Below are positions 58,101-64,000 of a stretch of 64,000 nucleotides of DNA, one piece after another. The notes under the pieces were generated by a model. That model searched no databases and was not told the DNA's origin. It saw only the letters and a program-made list of their open reading frames with translations. The DNA is from Podarcis cretensis (taxonomy: Eukaryota), in assembly GCA_951804945.1 (NCBI GenBank), contig OX638151.1:40982001-41046000 (forward strand), in the 5' to 3' direction. A program made the position numbers and the translations under genes. The stretch's first letter is position 1. Each line of letters starts with the position of its first letter.

Positions 58101-59931
58101 AAGTGGCACAGACATCAGCGACGAGTCACAAGACCAGCAGAAAATGGATGAATCCAAATTAAACAAGATCAGTAAAAGTTTGGAGATGAAGGCATATTTG
58201 ACAAATTTAGGTGAGAGAGATGTAGGAGGAGAACATTCAGAATTTGCAGGACATCAGTTTGTTGTTAGTCAGGAGCAGGAATCTCGGTTATTTGAAACAC
58301 AAATTGATACCCCTAAGGGAGAAGGCCATACTATAACAGAAGATAAGCAACTTGATGACAGTTCTGAATCAACAATTTCTATGTGGGTTTCAGAGGTGCG
58401 TGTTCAGAGTCCACTGGCATGGGAGCCAACCTCATCTTCAAAAGTGAATAAGAAAAATCCTCAAATAGCAATGATAGATCAGAGTTCCAATAAAGAACCA
58501 TTATTGGATCTAAAATGGGGCAATGTGGGCCTTGATAGGCTTGAATCAGCAATCAGTGATGAAAGGCCACAGACTTCAGAAGTCCAGAACATAGATCCTG
58601 GGTTGAAGCCTTTAAATACAGATGAATTTAATAATTCCTGTATAAATAATGAACAAAAATTGTTGACTAGTTCTCAACCAAACGATGAAAATTGTAATGT
58701 AGTTGGTGTTCCAGTATCAGAAGAGATGTCAAATGAGTGCCTTGTTAACGTAACAATGATAAGCAGTACACTAGGGAAACATGAAGAAATTAATCAGCAT
58801 CCATTAAGCTGTGAAACCAAGGATTCCCAAGCTAAGGAAGCTGAAACTTTGGGCAGTATGTCTTCTGCAAATGATGAACTTCATTCCAGTGCAGAATTAA
58901 TGTTTATAAAAAATAATGGGTGTGGGCCTTCTGAATCTGATCTCAGTTTAAATGACAATGCAGGGAGAGGTTCTGTAGAAACATATAGCACTCACTTTTC
59001 CAGTGTTCAGCCAGAGATGGTTCAAGAACCACTAGGTGCTCTTCCAACAGAAATCAGTGTTGAGCATCTTGGAGAGGTAGCCCTTACATTTACAGACATG
59101 AACACTGGGATCTTGGATACCTCAGCAGCTGGTGACTTGGACTTGAATAGCACTTATTCAGAACTTAACTTTGATCATTCTACAACCCCTTCTCCAAAGT
59201 CTGGAAAAATAAAGCCTAATGATTCTCCTAGATTGAAACCATGCCTGGAAATAGAAACCATTAATTTTAGTCTGGGAGATATTGAGGTAGAACGTGAACA
59301 TCTGGGCATCCTACCATCTGAAATTCTGAATGAGGATATTGTAAGGAGTCCAAAGTTAGAAACCATTTCATCCATTTCTTTAGGGTCCAACAAAACTAGA
59401 GAATTGGGTATTGAGCAACCTACAATTGAACCAGAAATGATTGCTTTTGTTGAGTTAGCATCTGGTGAGGAAGAGGATAAATTTTGCTCCTTGGTTTCTG
59501 ATGTAATTGTCCCAGACATAGTGTCTCCTGCATCAAATGGTAGCACTGCTGGACCAAGCATGTCACTCATCGAAATGCAGGACATGCCTCCAATTTCCAT
59601 GGTATTGCAATCAGATGTTAGCAGAGACAGCACTTCTGATATGCCACCATTGAGTAGCGACGAAAAAAATGTACAATGCCAAGCAACTGAGTGCAAGGAA
59701 TCCTTCCTTCTAGATCTACAGAAAACATCTGTAGAAGTGGGGGGCTCAGGTGACAACGAATTGTACATTGTCAAGAATGAGATGCAGGCATCTGCAAGGG
59801 AGTTAAACAAGACAGATGAAGTGGAAAATAATGATAGTAGATATGAGATTAACAGTAAGTTGACTTCAGAAGTAACTGAAAGCTCTGCAGAGTACCTGGT
59901 AAGTTCAGATAATATTGATCCTGATGTTTGA
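36794..59931 (+). CDS. ZNF318: Zinc finger protein 318 (two matrin/U1-type C2H2 fingers), 10 coding exons, about 2652 aa
   Basis: Spliced translation has an RS-rich N-terminus and the conserved blocks LRITVGND, MPKKSILKKR, DFLLPHERASQDGSGFSRIL, FPDIEDEEKFLYGD, IHDLLKTIGLDIG and GEMLRKKRREKDGHKDPLL. Fingers are HWCKDCNTICGTMFDFFTHMHNKKH and YCQLCQEFFGDQISAEQHVK. Exons total 7959 nt. Confidence 0.96.
38879..39014. mobile_element. Squamate palindromic MITE (same hairpin family)
   Basis: CAGTGTTTTTCAAAC...ACTACGACTCCCATC...GATGGGAGTTGTAGT...GTTTGAGGAAAAACTG. Confidence 0.7.
40147..40357. mobile_element. Tc1/mariner-type MITE
   Basis: TA|CAGTGGTACCTC ... GAGGTACCACTG|TA. Confidence 0.83.
40919..41127 (+). 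CDS. ZNF318: ZNF318 exon 2
   Basis: RRSTGRRSRSPGRH...LRITVGNDRYGIDTPERKRISDRLGSPVD; |GTATGC. Confidence 0.92.
41419..41753 (+). mobile_element. CR1 LINE 3' end
   Basis: ...AAGAAGATTCCACCTAAACATTAGGAAGAACTTCCTGAC... ending in the CR1 8-mer tail (ATTCTATG)n. Confidence 0.87.
43268..43899. mobile_element. Tc1/mariner-type MITE, family B (longer, internal repeats, inverted relative to 12463)
   Basis: TA|CCGTATTTTTTCACTCCATAAGAC ... GTCTTATGGAGCAAAAAATATGG|TA; internal direct repeats. Confidence 0.8.
46156..46452. mobile_element. Tc1/mariner-type MITE, family A (inverted relative to 5643)
   Basis: TA TSD, CAGTGGT(A/G)CCTC TIRs, internal GCCGCTAA and CTTGCGAGTT repeats. Confidence 0.85.
46744..47347 (+). 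CDS. ZNF318: ZNF318 exon 3
   Basis: DDLADGPIFSR...MPKKSILKKRVEDSSVQ|GTTTGG. Confidence 0.92.
47659..49065 (+). CDS. ZNF318: ZNF318 exon 4
   Basis: 1407 nt, PEVFSSS...NRASQKLK|GTGAGT. Confidence 0.93.
50056..50155 (+). CDS. ZNF318: ZNF318 exon 5 (coiled coil)
   Basis: VMEEREKLRSEQEARQKKLHYLRTELERLLKQQ. Confidence 0.92.
50459..50742 (+). CDS. ZNF318: ZNF318 exon 6
   Basis: GEMLRKKRREKDGHKDPLL...SNSVK|GTAAAA. Confidence 0.92.
51958..52324 (-). mobile_element. Sauria SINE (young), 13-bp TSD
   Basis: Near-identical to the 4597 copy; TSD ATATCTGCTCTTA at 51945-51957 and 52325-52337. Confidence 0.93.
52927..53070. mobile_element. Penelope-like element terminal fragment
   Basis: GGTAGCCGTGTTGGTCTG...CCTTCCAGTAGCACCTTAGAGACC...TATGAGCTTTCGTG joined to TATCTGAAGAGGTGTG, matching the recalled squamate Penelope end. 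Confidence 0.6.
53501..53701 (+). CDS. ZNF318: ZNF318 exon 7 (zinc finger 1)
   Basis: ...YDYYDTGNHWCKDCNTICGTMFDFFTHMHNKKHRQ. Confidence 0.93.
54143..54242 (+). CDS. ZNF318: ZNF318 exon 8
   Basis: TLDPYNRPWDLKTQTETKQDLTKRIDKIPVPAK|GTAAGT. Confidence 0.93.
54660..54778 (+). CDS. ZNF318: ZNF318 exon 9 (zinc finger 2)
   Basis: GSEFLIPVTGYYCQLCQEFFGDQISAEQHVKNNPHNEKYK. Confidence 0.93.
55207..59931 (+). CDS. ZNF318: ZNF318 exon 10 (large terminal coding exon)
   Basis: KYVDENPLYEERRNIDRQAGL... 4725 nt open to TGA. Confidence 0.94.
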   Translation, partial: KYVDENPLYEERRNIDRQAGLSVIQETERRLKRKLCEKQKEERDEKAVKVARKEERKSKEEPKNSKELGDGDNENESNKRKGVSNGQKCGIKLKLKKDDKEVEKKEGKKEEPPKESRMASFGKFSWRKTERDEKNQGKDVTAPKEESFEESKDKESKSQSGKPNSKPIAIKLSGKTVIPHTSPWTPVVSTSSQAKIRPNLPAPMMVLRKSATATVSKPAPLNTFLSIKSSGASTKPLPVVKEGNPELVLPPDIISKAFGGEVVVLKGSQENATVPEQTEEPDHEAVSRAVEHAKAAEHAKATAAIAQEQAAKAQEQANVVAKAQAKARELAAVIKEQVTRLGIFERPNCRPPLLPLPSGPPLSAALPVPPAMAFPPPPAVPPKQATILADDMAPGVSEDDKNILAVPMCPHPLPPPTIFRDHVKKLEKKNSCLAAGNAKDLYDIFYNRSGRSPADSKSVNSATSDKIKSNPVERQKKTDQMADPKPSSKPVTQETLQNIHSTSDVNKIPLNDKTPETDDAEVEKLLAAYEENFKTGVERESKKISLSDAQSILKYESNDFSVNAPETTDFKSDDDKELAVQLSVDRVALLEDVSKKPSELETIELAMQLPESNASPLEELYKNSSVCEAAEVKSDDDELTMQLSLEPGTKKPSELGTAEFVLQLPESSVPSLDDFSNKPADLVTTDFKSDDDKELEMKLSENHVDLLEDVSKKPSELETAELAMQLPESNASPLEELHKNPSVCEEAVFKSLDDKESAMQLSQEHDNKKSSELETAEFTMRLPESSVPPLDDVTNKPTGLKTTDVKSPDDKELTVQLSESSVFPLDDFSNKPADFETTDFKFPDDKELGLHMSEDHVALLKERDVSKKRSEFKTAGLAMQLPESNTSLEEFCQNSLECRAAEYKSPDDKELALQLSEDQEALLKDVSNKPLGHEMAEFKFPGKKELIMQMAENETDFTAEDVGVASGTDISDESQDQQKMDESKLNKISKSLEMKAYLTNLGERDVGGEHSEFAGHQFVVSQEQESRLFETQIDTPKGEGHTITEDKQLDDSSESTISMWVSEVRVQSPLAWEPTSSSKVNKKNPQIAMIDQSSNKEPLLDLKWGNVGLDRLESAISDERPQTSEVQNIDPGLKPLNTDEFNNSCINNEQKLLTSSQPNDENCNVVGVPVSEEMSNECLVNVTMISSTLGKHEEINQHPLSCETKDSQAKEAETLGSMSSANDELHSSAELMFIKNNGCGPSESDLSLNDNAGRGSVETYSTHFSSVQPEMVQEPLGALPTEISVEHLGEVALTFTDMNTGILDTSAAGDLDLNSTYSELNFDHSTTPSPKSGKIKPNDSPRLKPCLEIETINFSLGDIEVEREHLGILPSEILNEDIVRSPKLETISSISLGSNKTRELGIEQPTIEPEMIAFVELASGEEEDKFCSLVSDVIVPDIVSPASNGSTAGPSMSLIEMQDMPPISMVLQSDVSRDSTSDMPPLSSDEKNVQCQATECKESFLLDLQKTSVEVGGSGDNELYIVKNEMQASARELNKTDEVENNDSRYEINSKLTSEVTESSAEYLVSSDNIDPDV
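56902..58070 (+). repeat. Coding tandem repeat (about 13 units of 26-37 aa) in ZNF318 exon 10
   Basis: Recurrent TTDFKSDDDKEL.MQL.E and ETAELAMQLPES units; 351-nt higher-order period (ACAACAGATTTTAAATCTGATGATGATAAAGAATT at 56905 and 57256). Confidence 0.9.
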
Positions 59932-61275
59932 GTAGCTGTTGTGTAAATTTTGTAAATATTCTGTTTGAGTTTGATATGTTAGATATTTTTGAAGTAGATA
60001 TTTGCTAAAGCCTGAACTTCATTTGCCCTGAAAAATATACACCATTGTACATATTGGATTGTATAAACATTTTTTTGTTGAACTTAGAACATTTCATTTC
60101 TATTTCTTGCAGATAAAATGCAATTACTCATCTATAGCTAACCTTCACATATAATACAGAACCATGGTTTAGCATTATCAGAATGCATAACAGTGAACCT
60201 TTAGCTTGCACACTTCATTTTACCTCTCCGGGTGTGACTGTGAGGAAATTGAACGTTGCATTAATCACAGTTTCACATTATGTCTGAAACACAAACTGTG
60301 GTTAATCTTAAGCTTCATAAACTATGATATGAAGTTGGCTTGTTTCCACCAACCATAGGACTAGCTCCATTTTCTCTGGATATGGACAGCAAGACAAGCT
60401 AAGCTACAGTTGGTCTAAAATGGAAGTGAAAGTTTCCAAATGTCATGACTGGAGGAAAAAGGTGGTAGCAAGTGAGCTCACGGCTTGCTGCAGATTTTCC
60501 TTGTAATGCTTAAACAATAGTTTGGCATTTTGTGGGAATGCAGCCAGTGTGTATGTGGGCCTTTGGAGGGTTTATTGCTGTTGGGGCATATATGGGTTTT
60601 GTGGGTTTTTTGCATTTTTCTTTGACTATTTTATTGGTTTCTGATTTACACAGCTTTTGTAAGTAACATTCCAAGTGCAACAGTGACAAGTGCAAGAACA
60701 CCTGTTCTGAACTTGAAGAAAAAAGAAGGCTCTTGCTGAAACATTTGAGCAGAAAGTTTATTTGAAATGTTATGCATGTTTTGTTGCACAAAATGTAAAA
60801 TGCATAAAGATTGTTCTGCATTTTTGACTTGTAATTACGTTGTTGAATTGCATCTGTAATCCAGACTGTAATGCCATGTTACTGTGTGTGTGGATATCAT
60901 CTCGCTGAGCAAAGAAGAAAAATCTACCAACTCACTTTTGGAGACGGAAACTATTTGGTAAGGCTGTGGCCCAACAACTGGACTCTGCATATTGAGGTCA
61001 CTTACATGATTTGAAATCACATTTCATTTCATTGTATTGTAATGCAGTAACTGTTTGTGTTGAATTGTTTAGCAGCTGCCCAGCTCAGAAGAAATAGAAG
61101 ATCTCAACTTTGCTCTCAGGATTGGATTCACTTCACATACCCAGACATTACATGCCTGAATGAACCCCTGAGCCGCAAAATACTGTTTTGTGAAGGTTTT
61201 TCACTTATTCAGCTTGTCAAGATATGAAGTAAACGTTTGCATGGATCTATATAAAAGGTTTATCTGTAAATCTAA

Positions 61276-62132
61276 AATAAACCCAATATATCAAAGATAT
61301 TGCCATTTTCCCCTTTGTTCTTTAAATAAGTGGTTCTACAAGTTGTTGTTTTTTGTGAACATTCAGACAACTGGTTCTTCAGTTAATTTCCCATTTTCAC
61401 CACACTGGAAATTAAATCAAGCCATGAATTATGCAGCATTATGAGAAAACTTTGCTTAAATATTCAGCAGGTTAAACATGGTGTGTAACTTAACGTTCTT
61501 TCAATTTTAAAAGAAAATAGTATGGTAAAAATGCTTTGAAAACTTCTGGTTTTTTCCTCCATTATGTTTTAAAAGATGTCCACAAATAAAGTTAGTGTTT
61601 GTAAAGTGGGATATGAATGAACTGTTAAAAAACAGAAAAAAGGTTTATGCTAATTTAAAATGTAGTTGAATTAAGTAAATAAGTATTTATGGTGGAAATA
61701 CAATTGTGCTATCAGTTGTTCAGCCCACACTGTTGCACTCGCACTTCTGTGCTGACCCAGAACATTACACAGGTACAAAAGTAGGAATTGCTGCTAGCAA
61801 CCACCATTACCAATATCAGAAGCAAGATAGCATAAAGGAAGAGGTGGGATTGTGGTTGCTTTGCTTGTCTGTATCCATAGGTTACTGACAACTCGGAAGC
61901 CAACTCTGCTGCTACAGTTCTGTACTCTGCTTGATAGTATATATGAACAGGATTTCAGGTGGTGGGGCAGCAAAGACATGCTTCTTACTTTGCTTGGAAT
62001 ATCAACAGGTGCAGTAGAGGTCACACTGCTGTTGCAGCTGCACACATCTGTGGATTCGTGGTTTTGATCAAAGAAGTAAGTTTAGTAAACATTTTCTGCC
62101 TCTCATAACTTATTCCAGTGAAATCCAATAAA
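61276..62132 (+). terminator. Candidate ZNF318 polyadenylation signals
   Basis: AATAAA at 61276, 61585 and 62127 in AU-rich 3' UTR-like sequence. Confidence 0.45.
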
Positions 62133-62837
62133 CACTGGTTTCATCTGATATTTCTTCCAATTTTATCCTTCCTTCAAGGAGTTACAGGCTCTCTCTTCTG
62201 TCCATTTTATAATAATCAACAGTTCTATGAGGTATATTGAGCTAAGAAATGATGACTAGATTAAGGCTACCCAATGAGCTTCAGAGCTGAGGAGGTATCT
62301 CTTCCACACTGGTGTTATCCAATGTCTTCCAGATGTTGGGTTACAGTTCCCATAATCCCTGGCCAAAAGCCATGCTTTCTGGGGCTGATGGGAGTTTTAG
62401 TCCAACAGTATCTGGAAGGTGTACCACATTGGCCATCCCTGCATTACACCACAATCTCTTGTTATTTTCTTATCCATATTACCTACCATGACTATGCTTT
62501 TCCCCTCACAAACTTGGATTGAAACTCCTACTTCATGTATAAGAAAGCTCCAAAAGGAAAGGGGAAAAACCTTTTTTTTTTTTTAATTCTAAATGCCTTC
62601 ATTTTACTGATAGAATTATAGTTTTAAAATGTAACGGGTAACTTAACTGATGTTAGTTCATGTTGAGAGAAGTTATTTTAGTTCAGACAGTTCAATGTGA
62701 AAATTGCATTACAGTAGAAAACGATATTGAATAGCAAGATGGTAAGAGTTTGCCTATGCACATGAATTGACAATGTGGTAAAACGGAAACAAATTGTGAT
62801 GACAAGGGATTGCCCTTATTAACAAAAATTAACTAAT

Positions 62838-64000
62838 CACAGGGTCTGGGTGGCATCTGCCTGGCATTTCTTAAAAGATTTCAAATGTGAAATTGCTGGT
62901 CTTTTAACAAAAATACAGTTCCTAAGATCAGACACACTCTGAGGATTATAAAGTAGCCAACTTTTTTTTTGGCGGTGGGAGGAATGTGGGAAATAACAGG
63001 CCAGTTACCTTAACATCTGTTCCAGAAAAATTGGTGGAAAGCATTATTAAAGATAGAATTGTGAGGTATATAAAAGTACAAGAGTTGTTGAAACAAAACC
63101 AGCATGACTTCTGCAAGGGTAAGTCCTGTCTAAACATTCTAGAGTTCTCTGAGAGTGTCAACAAGCATATTGGTTGAGGTGACCTGGTTGATACTGTGTA
63201 CTTAAACTTCTAAAAAGCTTTTGATAAAGTATCTCACCAAAGACTCCTGAGTAAGTGTAACAGACATGAAATGAGAGGTCCTCTTATGGATCAGGAATTG
63301 GTTAAGTAGCAAGAAGCACAGAGTAAGAATAAATGGACAGTTCTCCCAATGGAGGACTCCAAAGGATTAGTATGGGACCTGTACTTCTTAATGTATTCAA
63401 TAATGATCTAGAGTTTGGGTTGATCAGGGAGGTAGCCAAGTTTGCTGCTGATAACAAATTGTTCATTGTGGCTAAAAAGAATTGCAGGCAGTTCCAAAAG
63501 GATCTCCAAACTGGGTGAATGGGCAGTAAGATGGCAAATGCAATTCAAAGTAAGGTGCAGAGAGATCATACTTTTAAGTACTATATATATGCTAATGGGA
63601 CCTGAATTTTCAGTGACTGGCCAGGAATGAGACACATAGAGGATAAGCGTGAACCAAATGGCAAAAGTGATGTCCACGTTCGGGATCTTTAAAACTGCCA
63701 ATATAATGTTATACATACCTGGTGAGACCACACTTGAAATATTGTGTGCAGTTTTGGTCACCTCAAGTTGGAAAAGGTTCAGAAAAAGGCAACCAAATTG
63801 GATCAAGGGACTGGAACAACTGCATAAGGAAAGGTTAACAACATCCAGGGCTCTTTATTTTAGAAAAGAGGTGAGTACACTTGATCTTATCCAAAAGGCC
63901 AAGAAGTGATGATAAGGATGTAGAAAATCATGTATGGTAGGAAGAAAAACTCCATTCTATAATTTTGACCGTCCAATGAAGCCAAATGCTGGAAGTTTCA
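62838..64000 (+). mobile_element. Degraded CR1 LINE ORF2 (reverse transcriptase) fragment, runs off window
   Basis: GNNRPVTLTSVPEKLVESIIKDRI...NQHDFCKGKSCL, DF*KAFDKV, AKFAAD motifs with stops and frameshifts. Confidence 0.85.

Noticed and set aside
55278-59810. Long minus-strand ORFs (e.g. 57417-58166, 59175-59810, 56052-56522)
   Set aside because: Antisense shadows of ZNF318 exon 10.
60654-60740. Acceptor-like site with a 28-codon open frame in the ZNF318 3' UTR
   Set aside because: No recognisable homology or donor support; expected by chance in U-rich UTR.

Overview
Vertebrate (squamate reptile, probably lacertid lizard, judged from Sauria SINEs and lizard-type L2/CR1/MITE families) genomic DNA, not prokaryotic. 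It contains two complete multi-exon genes arranged head-to-head: ABCC10/MRP7 on the minus strand (21 coding exons, 32349 to 11577, about 1538 aa) and ZNF318 on the plus strand (10 coding exons, 36794-59931, about 2652 aa), sharing a CpG-island promoter region at about 36.3-37.1 kb. All exons were traced by hand with GT-AG junctions and consistent phases. The most notable unannotated signal is at 11081-11211 (+): a decayed DLK2 (EGF-repeat Notch ligand) exon with intact splice sites but an in-frame stop and two lost cysteines. It sits at the syntenic DLK2 position only 365 bp from the ABCC10 stop, with no room for the rest of the gene, so it is a probable unitary pseudogene (DLK2 loss) that likely lies antisense inside the ABCC10 3' UTR. 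Also notable: a higher-order coding tandem repeat in the last ZNF318 exon, a Penelope-type terminal fragment with split hammerhead-core motifs, and an exact 100-bp duplication at an L2 junction. The rest is intronic or intergenic sequence with Sauria SINEs, Tc1/mariner- and hAT-like MITEs, and L1/L2/CR1 fragments.
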